Assembly (NCBI GenBank): GCA_030390025.1
Contig: CM059433.1
Span: forward strand, 8,000,001-8,064,000
Direction: 5' to 3'
Source of the DNA: Squalus acanthias
Taxonomy: Eukaryota
DNA length: 64,000 nt
Shown: one piece after another, positions 1 to 11,975 of the stretch
How the letters are laid out: every line of letters starts with the position of its first letter
How positions within the stretch are numbered: position 1 is the stretch's first letter
The notes under the pieces: generated by a model
What the model was told of the DNA's origin: nothing
Databases searched by the model: none
Seen by the model: the letters and a program-made list of their open reading frames with translations, nothing else
Translations under genes and position numbers: made by a program

Positions 1-226
1 TCACTCCCATAGACTGCAACAAATATGCCGAAGGCAGAAAGCAGAGGCTAGCACCATCCTGTGCTTGTTGTGTCTTTCCCTTGTTCTCACTCACAGGCAT
101 ACACGCAAACTCCAGCAGGGATTGCTGGATAACGATGAGGATAAAGGAACCAGTGGCCAATTTCCCTCTCCCGAACTGAGGGGGCTGAATTATAGAACCC
201 CGACCGCCGCTCAGGTGAGATCCATT

Positions 227-560
227 GGGCTGGATTTTGAATGACCCATGGAGTCGGGTTTGGAGGCGTGTGGGGGGTTAAATTTGCGGGGTCGGAAACC
301 CCGACCCCATCCCGACTCCATCCCGCCTCCACGCAATTTTGACATAATCAGTCGCGGGGTTCCCGATTCCGTCCCGCCTCCAAGAGGCGGGAGAGGCCAT
401 TAAAACCCTTAACAAGCTCTAAATTGGCTCTGTAATGCGATTTTGAAACGCTGTAGCTAGTTTAACCCTCTTCTGACGTGAAGCACGCCTGGTGTGAAAC
501 ACTCCAGTGAAACCTGGCGGGAGCACAAGTGGATAGCTGACTTTCGGCTGCAAGTGCACT
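227..560 (+). mobile_element. Harbinger-type DNA transposon terminal fragment
   Basis: Begins GGGCTGGATTTTG and aligns by eye over about 200 bp with the reverse complement of the right end (43080-43274) of the Harbinger element. The other end was not found. Confidence 0.65.
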
Positions 561-664
561 ATTACAACGGAGATGTGATGAAGGTGGTAGTGGTGCTAGT
601 ATTAGGCCTGAACATTGCCTCTGATGCTGCTGCATTGAATGTCTTAAGAGACTGCCTGGGAGGA

Positions 665-665
<1 letters not shown>

Positions 666-695
<30 letters not shown>

Positions 696-700
696 TCTCT
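666..700. repeat. (CT)n microsatellite
   Basis: Visible run ctctctct... Confidence 0.9.
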
Positions 701-1458
701 CGTCCACTCACATCATAAGCCAGGCAACCCCTCTCTCACCAACAGTCTCTGAGACTAGGCAGACTCGGTGCAGACCAGAGACTAAACGTGGCAGCTCCCT
801 GATCTGTACAGCTCAGCTACTCTCTGCTTTAACTAGCTGAGCCATTGAGGGAGCTGTTGGCATACAACTTTAAGCGCTTCTTTATATTTGCTCCTCATCG
901 GAACAGCGATCAAATGGTTGTGCACATTGCCATTGGCAAGTCCTTCAGAGGTGATCTAAGCAGAATTGTTTTCAAGGCAGATCGATGTGTGAAGAACAAC
1001 CTCTTCTCTGAATTACATTTTTCAATAAGGTCACCTAACCATTTTTCACTTCAGCAGCGAGGTCTCATTGTTATTAGGTTAAATTGAATATTAGTCTCCA
1101 GTGTTTGGCAGAGATTTATGAAGAGATTGATATGGATTTGCACAGCTCTCAGGCTGATTAAATTAAAGATGCCAGGGGACTTGTGTGAGCCGCATACTTT
1201 GAACTAAATGAAAGCATTGCATCAGAGTGTATTCTACATTAGCTTGTATTAAAGAAAGTATATGAGAAATAGATAGCTTCAGCTAACTGTAGATAAATAC
1301 CTAGACAGATAAACAAATAGATAGTTATATAAATACATAGATAGAGAGATAGATAGATAGACAATGTGAGCATGTCTGTTAGTTTAATGTAATCCGCAGC
1401 TCTTAAAATGGATGACAGTGTAAGGTTTATATTGCAGATGATTTGGATTAGTAAGGAA

Positions 1459-1668
1459 TAAAAACAGAAAATGCTGGAAATGCTCAGCAGGTCAGGCAGC
1501 ATCTGTAGAGAGAGAGAAACAGAGTTAACGTTTCAGGTCGATGACCCTTCGTCAGAACGTTAACTCGGTTTCTCTCTCTCTCTACAGATGCTGCCTGACC
1601 TGCTGAGTGTTTCCAGCATTTTCTGTTTTTATATCAGACTTCCAGCATCCGCAGTATTTTGCTTTTGG
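1459..1668. mobile_element. Penelope-like element terminal fragment arranged as an inverted repeat (fold-back)
   Basis: Arms AACAGAAAATGCTGGAAA...GTTAAC and GTTAAC...CAGCATTTTCTGTT. The same sequence lies downstream of the GIY-YIG ORF at 56820-56908. Confidence 0.75.
1523..1558 (-). ncRNA. Minimal type I hammerhead ribozyme motif (PLE family A)
   Basis: Minus strand reads GUU-CUGACGA-A-GGGUC-AUC-GACCU-GAAA-CGUU-AAC: CUGANGA/GAAA core, stem II, short stem I. Confidence 0.6.
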
Positions 1669-2593
1669 ATTAGTCAGGGTGTAGTGATAAGGACTGTCTT
1701 ATCTTTAACTTTCCTTCAATACAGCAATTTGTTTTTGTATTCCCCCCCTCCCCACACCTTCCAATGAAAAATGATTTACTCAGGATGTCTGCGGAGGGTT
1801 AATATAAAAGTGAAAGAATGAAAGAAAAGTTGCAACAGAAAAATAGCTCATGATGTTTTAAAAATGTTTTAAAATCTTCCTTACACTTATAGTAAAATAA
1901 GCTTTGCCAAACAGTTTTCATAAAATCTATGCCCCTTTATAAAGAACAAAATAAACCATGTTTTGGGGTGTAGACTGTAGCATTATCGTGAGGTGTCTGA
2001 TTCCCATGAGCAGTCACAAAAGATAATTCCTTTGATTACTCAGTGAAGCGACCTCATTGGCGAACATTGCCTTTTTTTTTGGGTCTATTTCTGGTGAACT
2101 TGTAAACATGTGGTGAAAGAGCTCACTGCTGATTTCAGTGGAAGTACGGCCACAGAGGAAACCTTCGTAAGTGCATTTGATGCCACTGAACAAAGTGGCC
2201 ACAGCAGTTCATATCTATTGGTCAGCAGAGCCCCTTCGGCTATGGAGAATATATCGACACGGATTTTTAATATGGATTCCTTGACATTTAGAAGATAGTG
2301 CTTTTCTGGATGAGTATGATACAGTCTACCCCTATTGATTCAAAGTCACTTCATTCAAATTACTGGATAATTCATTTCATAGCACTAAAAAGCCCCTGTG
2401 CCGTTGCATTTTAATTGCTTGATTCGAATTGCTGCAAAATTTTATTTTATTTTTAGTGCAACAAAGACTTTGAATTAACAGGAGTAGCCAGCAGGAGTGT
2501 CAACCTGTGGACAAAAACAATGAGACTCCAGAACCTTTAAAAAACAATGTATAAAACCAATCATTTTAGTGCTTGATATCCTTTCAACACATA

Positions 2594-3486
2594 GGGGTAG
2601 AAATTAGGTCGCGCCCCATTTGGGGCGCAAATATCGTCCAGACGCAAATATTAGCGCCTGGCGCTAATTATCGGCACTGACAGGAAACTTCACTTTTACC
2701 GCCCCGGGAGGTGAGTGGAGCGCTAAAGCAGGCGCTGCACACCTCTCTTAAGGCGCAACGGCCAAGGAGTGAGGCGCTAACTCGGAGCGCTGGCGAAGCT
2801 CATGTAATGTCAGTCAGCAATGGAACACACACACAATGGCACGGGCCAGTTCTTAAAGGGGATGGTTAATCTTGCTTTCCATCCACATCCTGTTCATTGC
2901 TGCCTTGAATCTCGGCCTGGAGAGACTTGCACATCAAATGTGCTGGAAAGAACAATGGAGAGTACCAGGCAAGGAGCTCAGAGTGCAGCTCCCACAGTCT
3001 CTGCTAAATCGATACAAGGAATGGCAAATCAAAATGAACCTGCAAAGTGCTGCTCAGTACCCAAAACTCCTTCACACAACGTTGAATCTCTCCAGAAGTC
3101 TCTCCCTCTCTCTCTCAGAATGCGTAGTTCAAAAATGCCACCAACAATAAAAGACCGGAAGAGGCCCCCTTTAAATAGCGCCCCGCCCAGCCCCACAGCG
3201 ATTGATAGCGTTCCAGTCTTCTGGTCGTTGGAAGCGCCAGGCGGTAAGGCAGGGGGCGCCACTCAATTTCCGCTACGGGGCGCCCCAAGGGCGTTGCACC
3301 ATGGAATGACGTCACAATCTGCGCGCGCAGGTGGTCGCAGCGGTAAGTTTTAGCGCCGCCGCACAATCTCAAGTTAAGTTCTCGAGCGGCGCAAACATCG
3401 CTGCGCACGGGCGTTAGCGGCTTTGCGCCCCATTAGCGCCCTCTTAAGGCGCTAACGGGAGGCGCAACCAAGTGAATTTTTACCCC
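2594..3486. mobile_element. Non-autonomous Harbinger-type element (MITE)
   Basis: TIRs GGGGTAGAAATT / AATTTTTACCCC; 3-bp TSD ATA at 2591-2593 and 3487-3489; GC-rich GGCGCTAA subterminal motifs. Confidence 0.75.
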
Positions 3487-3632
3487 ATACACTCTTACTA
3501 TGACATAAACATGTGCAAAAAGGGATTTCTTGATACAGTTTTTCCTGCTCCATATCTACAGTGCAATCAAACAAATCCACACAACACTTATTTTTTATAA
3601 AAGCACATCATCTGAACAAACTCGTAAAATTA

Positions 3633-3866
3633 CATGTGTCTGTGTGGACATATCTTGTGCACATGTGTCTGTGTCTGTGTGGACATATCTTGTGCACACG
3701 TGTCTGTGTCTGTGTGGACATATCTTGTGCACACCTGTACGTGTCTGTGTGGACCTATCTTGTGCACACGTGTCTGTGTCTGTGTGGACATATCTTGTGC
3801 ACACCTGTACGTGTCTGTGTGGACATATCTTGTGCACACCTGTACGTGTCTGTGTGGACACGTCTG
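3633..3866. repeat. 35-bp minisatellite, about 6.7 copies
   Basis: GGAC(A/C) unit anchor recurs at 3646, 3681, 3716, 3751, 3786, 3821 and 3856 (period 35). Confidence 0.95.
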
Positions 3867-4616
3867 CCCTTCCTACTCCAGGCCCAGGACCCTCTCCACC
3901 CAAATCCTTGCTTCATACTCAGGGACAGATGAAATCATTTCGGTGGCTATGAGAGGTTTGGAGCCCTGGGGTCCAGCTGCAGGGCAAGTGGGAAGAAAAG
4001 GACACAAAGACATACAGTGAAAAAAGGGAGATAAAGTGTGTGAGAGGCATACAAAGAGAGCAGGAGACATACAAAAAAAGAGGAGGCAAATGAAAGGTGA
4101 AACTTACAGAGAGTAAAAAAGAGGGAGTAGAAAACTATATAAATTGAGAGATACGGAGACAATGAGGGATTATGTCTGAGACCCAGGCAGAGGGAAAGAG
4201 GGAGACAGAAATAGATGAAGACAAACAGAAATATGGAGGGAGACAAAAAGAAATAGAGAATACGGGACAATCACAGAGACACTTTTTAAATGTTGTGAGC
4301 AATGCCACTGGTTTTAGGTGTGGTTGATGTTCAGTAGTTTACATTTCCGATAAGGAACCACCAGAACTTTCTTCTTAAGGATATATTAACATCTTGCAGC
4401 AATGCATGTGGCCCTGAAAATCATCTTTTAAAAGAAAAGGCACTCTTTCAATCACATTACAAATGTCACTGAATGAGAACATGACCTCACCTCATTTAGC
4501 AGCAAGTACACCCGAAAACTCCCTCCAACGGACTAACTCAGTGATTTTCAAACCTGAGAAACATTGCATTTTATTGTTCATTTCTATTGTAGAAATAGAA
4601 CACACCTCAGAGATTA

Positions 4617-4962
4617 GGGGGGAGAAATTGAGTCGCGCTCCCTTTGGGGCGCTAACTTCGCTGGGGCGCTACTTTTAGCGCCCCAGAAAAATTAGCGCCC
4701 CCGCGGCCGAAATTGAGAGGTAGCGCCCCAAAAGGGAAGCGGGGACGCTACTGGAAGTGCCCCGCCTCCCTCTTGGGGCGCTGCGAGGGAATATCGCGGC
4801 GCTACGTGCTGCGGTATTGCAGGCCTTCCTCCCCTTCTTAAAGAGGAGGGGCCTTGCGCAGCGCGACCCGGGGCCCAGCTGGGCTACCGGGGATTGGAGT
4901 GCCGGCAAAAGAGCCCTCTTAGAGTGCTAACGGGAGGCGCAAAGCAACCAAATTTCCCCCCC
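4617..4962. mobile_element. Short Harbinger-type MITE
   Basis: Ends GGGGGGAGAAATT / AATTTCCCCCCC; right end similar to the 2594-3486 element; inverted relative at about 51500-51768. Confidence 0.65.
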
Positions 4963-5264
4963 TGGAGGTTTACAGAAAATGAAGCATTTATCTCTGCGTT
5001 GCCACCTACATAATTCATTTGAACCCTTGACAAAGTGAGCTATGGGACAGGCATCGGCCCAATTCATTATTCATGACCCATGAGCACTTTATATTATTTT
5101 CTACCTTAAAGGGAGAAATCTTCCACAGAGTTTCCCTGCAAGTCCTAGAGATGATTTGGAAACATTCAATTTCATCTAGCCTTTCACCATTCAAAGTACA
5201 GCAAGGTCCCACAAACAGCAGTGCGATAATTGACAAGATAATCTATTGGTTGAAAAATGAATTT

Positions 5265-5452
5265 TGTCCAGGACACCAGGAGAACATCCTACTCTTCTTT
5301 GAACAGTGCCACGGGATCATTTATGTCTAGCTGAACAAGGCCTCGGTTTAATGTCTCATCTGAAAGACGGCACCTCCAACAATGCACCACTCCTTCAGTA
5401 TGCACTGAACTACCAGCCTAGCTTTTGTGCTCAAGTCCTGGAGTGGGATTAG
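5265..5452 (-). mobile_element. Decayed DeuSINE (SacSINE1-like) fragment
   Basis: GCCTCGGTTTAATGTCTCATCTGAAAGACGGCACCTCC matches the fuller copies at 22503 and 54838. Confidence 0.7.
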
Positions 5453-5747
5453 AAGCTGATCATGGAATCCAGATCCATAGAAAAGAACAAGTTCATTAAT
5501 GAACTCACTCCATGAATGAGCTTATCTGAGTGCTTATTCCTAATTGCAATGCCCCATACAGTGGTCAACATCCCTTGAAAGATTTCACAGAACTGACTTG
5601 CTAAACACATGGTAGAATTCTATCTAATCTGTATTTCTATAGAAATATTTTTTCAATTTTTATGGCTTAACTATAATTCCTCTTCTCCCCATTAGTTGGA
5701 TGGATTAAATGTGCAGTCTCCCACTAAGGATACCTGAGCTAGGAGAA

Positions 5748-6133
5748 ACAATTTCAGACTATAACCTCGGCCCCGATCATTTTTTTCTCTCTCTCACATG
5801 GCAGCTGTCGATCATTCTGCCAACGCCATTTACACTTCATCTAGAGCCATCTTTTGTTTCTTAACTTGTCCCATTACCATCTCCTTTTGCCTTGCACCAT
5901 CATCCCTTTTGTCTCTTGATCTCTCCTGTCTTCCACCCTATCACAGACCTTCCCTTTTGTTCTTTCCTCCCCTCCCCCCTTTCCCTGCCCCTACACTTGC
6001 TTAAAAATCTGTTACATCTCCAACTTTTTCCAGTTCTGACGAAGGGTCATCAACCTGAGACGTTAATTCTGTTTCTCTCTCCACAGATGCTGCCTGACCT
6101 GCTGAGTATTCCCAGCATTTTCTGTTTTTATTA
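5748..6133 (+). mobile_element. Penelope-like element 3' fragment (family A); hammerhead motif at 6032-6068 with core GAAA changed to GAGA
   Basis: Colinear with 56550-56908, starting at ACAATTTCAGACTATAA, the end of the GIY-YIG ORF. Confidence 0.8.
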
Positions 6134-6207
6134 TAGGAGAAACACATTCCTTTACCAAAGTGTTGAAAAATGACTTCTTCTGTGATGAGTACCAATGCTG
6201 CACAGGA

Positions 6208-6553
6208 ACTCACTATCACATCTGCTGGGCTAGGTGTTCCCGACCTCACTCACTCACTATCCCTTCTGTTGGGCAAGGTGCTTCTCAACGACCTCACTCA
6301 CTATCCCTTCTGCTGGGCTAGGTGTTCCCGACCGACCTCACTCACTATCCCTTCTGCTGGGCTAGGTGTTCCCGACCGACCTCACTCACTATCCCTTCTG
6401 CTGGGCTAGGTGTTCCCGACCGACCTCACTCACTATCCCTTCTGCTGGGCTAGGTGTTCCCGACTGACCTCACTCACTATCCCTTCTGTTGGGCTAGGTG
6501 TTCCCGACCGACCTCACTCACTATCCCTTCTGCTGGGTTAGGTGTTCCCGAAC
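6208..6553. repeat. 44-bp minisatellite, about 8 copies
   Basis: Unit CTCACTCACTATCCCTTCTGCTGGGCTAGGTGTTCCCGACCGAC; anchors at 6317, 6361, 6405, 6449, 6493 and 6537. Confidence 0.95.
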
Positions 6554-7599
6554 GATCAGATTTTTTGTTTCTTTTTAATCTGCTCCTCCAACCTGGAGAA
6601 GAAATTGTCTTCTTATTTTTGCCGTGATTTATGAGGCCATTTCCTCCCCACCAGCTTGACAAAATTCCATCATGCTGGTCCAAACACATTTTAGGAACTC
6701 ACTCAAATGACCTATTCAAGTATGCCGATATGAATTCCATGTCCCGCCACAGAACATAGTATAATATTTAAGGCACTGGCGCATGAGACTATATAATGTG
6801 CTGGCATGAGTACTGAAACACAACAAGAAAGTAGAATACATATGCATTGCATCTGTGGCACAATCTGTTACCAAAATGTTCCCTTGTAAGGCAGATTGAG
6901 AGCTCTATAACGCACGCAGCATTTACACGCCACGCGGATGTTGATTCCGTAACATTGGCTGCTGATTGTGAGGAACAGGCATCGCAGAATCAGTGTGGAC
7001 AACCTGTCAACCTGTCAACCTGCCGCTGCCTGCCGATGGTTCTGTAACAGATAATGTCACAAACGGGAAATGCGATTTTTCTCGTCTCGACTCTTTTAAA
7101 TTTAAGATGATGTCCGTCAACTTATGGGTTTGAACGTGGCTTTAAAGAGCAAGTGACAGTGACAAAGGTTAGAGGAGATGCTAATAGCAATGGGGTCAAA
7201 GTCATGTCAGTGAAGTGAATCATGCCATTTCAGATACGGAACCAGCTTAAACACAGTTTGAACCACTTTAGGGGTCAAATTAGAACTGATGCAGCACAAA
7301 ATCTGTAGTCAGTTTTGTTAGCAATAATAGAATATTTGCAGATCTTCCCCCAGCTCCTTAAATTCCCCGGGGAGTAACCTGGGTTAATACAGGTTAATGA
7401 ACAGACTTGTTAACAGTGATTTTTTTTTTTTACTTGTTAAGAGCTGGTTACGTTCCAATTAAAGAAAAACATGAAAATTTACTGAACCTTCGTTTACTGC
7501 CCAGAGGCAGCACAGAGAGCTGGTTGAGATCCAGCACGGAGAACAGCAGGAGAAATTGTGAGGGGAGGCTCCGCTGATTCCATCCACACAGCAGCAAGT

Positions 7600-8115
7600 T
7601 TCACTCCCTATGCTGGGTATGTGGATGGAGGAAGATGAGGAACATCGTCAGAGGAGGACCAGAGAGCTCCAAGGCCAATCGGAGGTGGATTGCCTGGGCC
7701 ACTACCATCCCATGCAGTGCCGACTGTGGGTGAGTCAGCTATCCTGACCTCACTGAGAAGTAGCGCGCGGAACAGCTAAGCCGCTATAAATGAATTGTGC
7801 CATTTTCAGGGACTGGCACTGCCATTGCAAATAATGGTAAAAAGTGACAACAGACATTCAACCTTTTTGCCCGCCTTCAGGGAAGTTGCAGAAGACTCGG
7901 CAAGTGTCGGTCAGTTTGCAGTTCGTGAGATCACAGGTACCCAGTTTAAAAACGCTACTCAATGCACTTGACCCAGCGGCAGCAGGAGAGAAAGACAAGG
8001 TTTTCTGAAGGAGGGGGCATCCCAGGGTACAGGATGTCATTGACTGCATCCATGTGGCCTCTCAAGCGCCGGTGAACCATGCCGTAGCGTTTATCCATAG
8101 GGATGGGTTCCACTG
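7600..8115 (+). pseudogene. Decayed Harbinger (HARBI1-like) DDE transposase fragment
   Basis: With a frameshift, about 8010-8113 reads GGIP/RVQDVIDCIHVASQAPVNHAVAFIHRDGFH, resembling the Harbinger motif FPxVxGAIDCTHVxxxAP...F.NRKGFH. The upstream part is very degraded. Confidence 0.6.
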
Positions 8116-8490
8116 GATGAACATTCAAATGTTCTGTGAACAACACCAAAGAACTCTTCATGTCGATCTACAATTTCAAGCCCGTAACCCCATGTCCAAA
8201 GAGAATCATTAAAAAATGGAGGCGCACACGGGCGGAGCAGTAAAAGTCCGTGCGACGGCCACATTTCTGTCTCGCCTGATGTCTGTTGTTGGAGAAACAA
8301 CAAAAAGAATTAGCGGTATTTTTTGTACAGTTTTGAATAATATTACTTTTCGAAAAACATTTTCCTACTTGGGTGACCAGGACTCGAATTTCTGGCGGTG
8401 GAATATCCAACCTTCCAGTTAACACGATTAAAAAAAAACTTTCGCTGCACTGGTATTGTGACCAACTTCCGGATCTGGCTGTAAAATAGT

Positions 8491-9192
8491 TTACATAGGA
8501 TTACATGGGATATACGGCACAGAAACAAGCCATTTGGCCCAACCAGTCCATGCCGGCGTTTATGCTCCACTCGAGCCGCCTCCCGTCTTTCCTCATCTAA
8601 ATCTATCAGCGTAACCCTCTATTCCCTTCTCCCTCATATGTTTGTCCAGCCTCCCCTTAAATGCATCCATACTATTCGCTTCAACCACTCCCTGTGGTAG
8701 CGAGTTCCACATTCTCACCACTCTCTGGGTAAAGAAGTTTCTTCTGAATTCCTTATTGATTTCTTGGTGACTATCTTATATTGATGGCCTCCAGTTATGC
8801 TCTTCCCCACAAGTGGAAACATTCTCTCTGTAACCACTTTATCAAAAATTTTCATAATTTTAAAGACCTATATTAGGTCACCCCTCAGCCTTCTTTTTTC
8901 AAGAGAACAGAGACTCAGCCTGTCCATCCTTTCCTGATCTGTATACCCTCGCATTTCTGGTATCATCCTTGTAAATCTTCTCTGCACCCTCTCCAGTGCC
9001 TCTATATCCTTTTTATAATATGGCGACCAGAACTGTACGCAGTACTCAAAGTGTGGTCTAACCATGGTTCGATACAGGTTTAGCACAACTTCCCTACTTT
9101 TCAATTCTATCCATCTAGAAATAAACCCTAGTGCTTGGTTTGCATTTTTTATGGCCTTGCTAACCTGTGTCGCAACTTTTAGTGATTTGTGC
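8491..9192 (-). mobile_element. CR1 LINE, 5'-truncated 3' fragment
   Basis: ORF 8868-9104 has [19 protein letters not shown]...LEKRRLRGDLI; CR1 3' UTR and short tandem tail. Confidence 0.9.
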
Positions 9193-9799
9193 AGTGATTA
9201 GTTAGAGAACCTCCAGATAAGAGATGAAACTGAAAACCTCCTTAATGTCCACTATCTGTTGCTGGTGGCAGCCTGTTGCTCTGCTTTAGTCCTTATTGCA
9301 TTTGACTACCCCAGTCAATAAGCAACTGTTTGTCAATTGTTATTCGGATACACTCGGCCCCCCCATTACTGCAAACTCACAGGGATCAGCAAAGTAGATT
9401 TTGTTCTCAGGGGATGGTGTTATTTAGGTTCAAGTTCCTCTCCTGACTTCGCTCCTTGACCACAGACTGCTAAATTAAAAAAAAATCAACCTCATTTTTT
9501 GACAGCTGCACATGTGCTGGAGCTGCATCTGGGAAATAATGATGGCGTAAGTCACTTCCTGTGAGCGCCAAAACAACTGCAGCTGTGCAGCCTGTCATAA
9601 CAGGGCTCGAATTCATCACAAATGGTGCCATCGGATGAGCTAAACTGCTTGTTACAAGCACTTATTTGTTGCTCCACAAAGTTTGACTTAATAGGGGCCA
9701 AAGTCCCTAGACTTGAATGAAGGTTTTAATGGTTACTGTGTAAAAAAAATCTAGCTGTATGGGTTTTCATTAATCCGAGGTCAGTTTCTTTACTGGGAG

Positions 9800-10340
9800 G
9801 AGAGTACACGGAGGGACAGACCATTCAGCCCCTCCAGCCTGTTCCGCCATTCAATTAGATAATGGCTGGTCTGTGCCTTAATTCCATTTACCTGCCTTTA
9901 ATCCTGATTCCCGTGATACCCTTACCTAATATAAATCTGTCCAACTCAGTCTCGAAAATTCCAATTGATCCACCACCATCCACAGCCTGTAGGGGAGAGA
10001 ATTCCACATTTCCACCACCCTTTGTGCGAGAAAGTGCTTCCTGATTTCACTCCTAAATGGTCGAGCTCTCATTTTAAAAATATGCCGCCTAGTTCTGGAT
10101 TCCCCCCACCAGATGAATCGCTTCTCTGCATCTACCCTATCGAACCCTTTTATCATTTTAAACACCTCAACTTAGTAAACTCAAGGGAATACAACCCAAG
10201 TTTCTGCAACCTGTCCTCGTAATTTAACCCTTTAACCCCCGGTATCATTTTGGTAAATCTGCGCTGTAGCTCCTCCAAGGCCAATATATCCTTCCAGAGG
10301 CACGGCGCCCTGAACTGAACGCAATACTCCAGTTGGGGTG
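9800..10340 (-). mobile_element. CR1 LINE 3' fragment (older)
   Basis: ORF 9926-10165 has FKMIKGFDRVD...FLAQRVVEMWNSLP. Confidence 0.85.
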
Positions 10341-10489
10341 CGCTAATGTTATTGAAAGATGTGTTCCAGCCACTTCATCCATACAATTTTCAACCAACCT
10401 TTACCCCACATCCCCCTCACCCCACCCATGCTATAGCCACAGCTCCAAATGGCCTCCACTTCAGTCGGGCTCCTAATTGATGTCTTAAA

Positions 10490-11112
10490 GGGTTTTATTT
10501 CTAGAGGGATAGAATTGAAAAGTAGGGAAGTTGTGCTAAACCTGTATCGAACCTTGGTTAGACCACACTTAGAGTACTGCGTGCAGTTCTGGTCGCCATA
10601 TTATAAAAAGGATATAGAGGCACTGGAGAGGGTGCAGAGAAGATTTACAAGGATGATACCAGAAATGTGAGGGTACACAGATCAGGAAAGGATGAACAGG
10701 CTGGGTCTCTTTTCTCTTGAAAAAAGAAGGCTGAGGGGTGACCTAATATAGGTCTTTAAAATTATGAAAAATTTTGATAGAGTGGATACAGAGAGAGCGT
10801 TTCCACTTGTGAGGAAGAGCATAACTAGAGGCCATCAATATAAGATAGTCACCAAGAAATCCAATCGGGAATTCAGACGAAACTTCTTTACCCAGAGAGT
10901 GGTGAGAATGTGGAACTCGCTACCACAGGGAGTGGTTGAAGCGAATAGTATGGATGCATTTAAGGGGAGGCTGGACAAACATATAAGGGAATAGAGGGTT
11001 ATGCTGATAGATTTAGATGAGGAAAGACGGGAGGAGGCTCGAGTGGGGCATAAACACCGGCATGGACTGGTTGGGCCGAATGGCCTGTTTCTGTGCCGTA
11101 TATCCGATGTAA
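10490..11112 (+). mobile_element. CR1 LINE 3' fragment
   Basis: [19 protein letters not shown] and RNFFTQRVVRMWNSLP; near-identical, inverted, to 8491-9192. Confidence 0.9.
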
Positions 11113-11556
11113 TCATTTTAGGGATTGAAAATGTCCATTCTTTTGTTATAATATCACTTGCAAGTGGCCAAATGATATTTTCATATGCAGTGATGTTTTT
11201 CAATGTAAATTATTATGTCATTGCAACATGAAAAATATAATTGCATCGCTCGATGATGAACAAGCCTCAAAGCTCCAACTTCAATGTTCCTGTTGGTTGC
11301 CCTTTAAAAAGCAGTGCAATTTCCAGATCAAGCTTTGGTGAATATAATGCTGGTTAAAACAATAATATGTTCTCAATGACATTCAGCTCTTTATAATACA
11401 TGTTGGGCTCAATAACCTCCCTTCTCCTGGAGAAAACATACCTGCAAAATTTAAAACGTAAAAGCAGGAGGCAAATGCACTTCCTGCACCCCAGACCAAA
11501 TGCAACGTCTGTGCCTAGTGTGTTTGCGCCCAACCTCTGTATATTATGCTCCTCAT

Positions 11557-11975
11557 CATCATAGAAATTTACAGCACGGAAGGAGGCCATTTCGGCCCAT
11601 CGTGTCTGCACTGGCCGACAAAGAGCTCTCCAGCCTAATCCCACTTTCCAGCTCTTGGTCCGTAGCCCTGTGGGTTTCAGCACTTCAAGTGCATATCCAA
11701 GCACTTTTTAAATGTGGTGAGGGTCTCTGCCTCTACCACCCTTTCAGGCAGTGAGTTCCAGACCCCCACTGCCCTCTGGGTGAAGACATTTCCCCTCAAA
11801 TCCCCTCTAAACCTCCGACCAATTACTTTAAATCTATGCCCCCTGGTTATTGACATCTCTGCCAAGGGAAACAGATCCTTCTATCTAGGCCCCTCATAAT
11901 TTTATACACCTCAATTAGGCCCCCCACCCCCCCCCCCTCAGCCTCCTCTGTTCCAAAGAAAACAAACCCCAGCCT
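11557..11975 (-). mobile_element. CR1 LINE 3' fragment
   Basis: TRGHRFK...FTQRAVGVWNSLPERVVEA. Confidence 0.85.

Noticed and set aside
2014..2330. Short ORFs on both strands as a host exon
   Set aside because: No recognisable product and no convincing splice sites.
2820..3353. 177-aa ORF
   Set aside because: Lies inside a MITE with no recognisable domain, and the related copy at 24536-24950 does not keep the same frame end to end.
3530..4020. Cys/His-rich ORFs resembling zinc-finger or keratin-associated proteins
   Set aside because: They are translations of the 35-bp tandem repeat and are open in several frames on both strands.
6208..6553. CRISPR-like array
   Set aside because: The 44-bp units are head-to-tail with no unique spacers, there are no cas genes, and the context is eukaryotic. 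It is a minisatellite.
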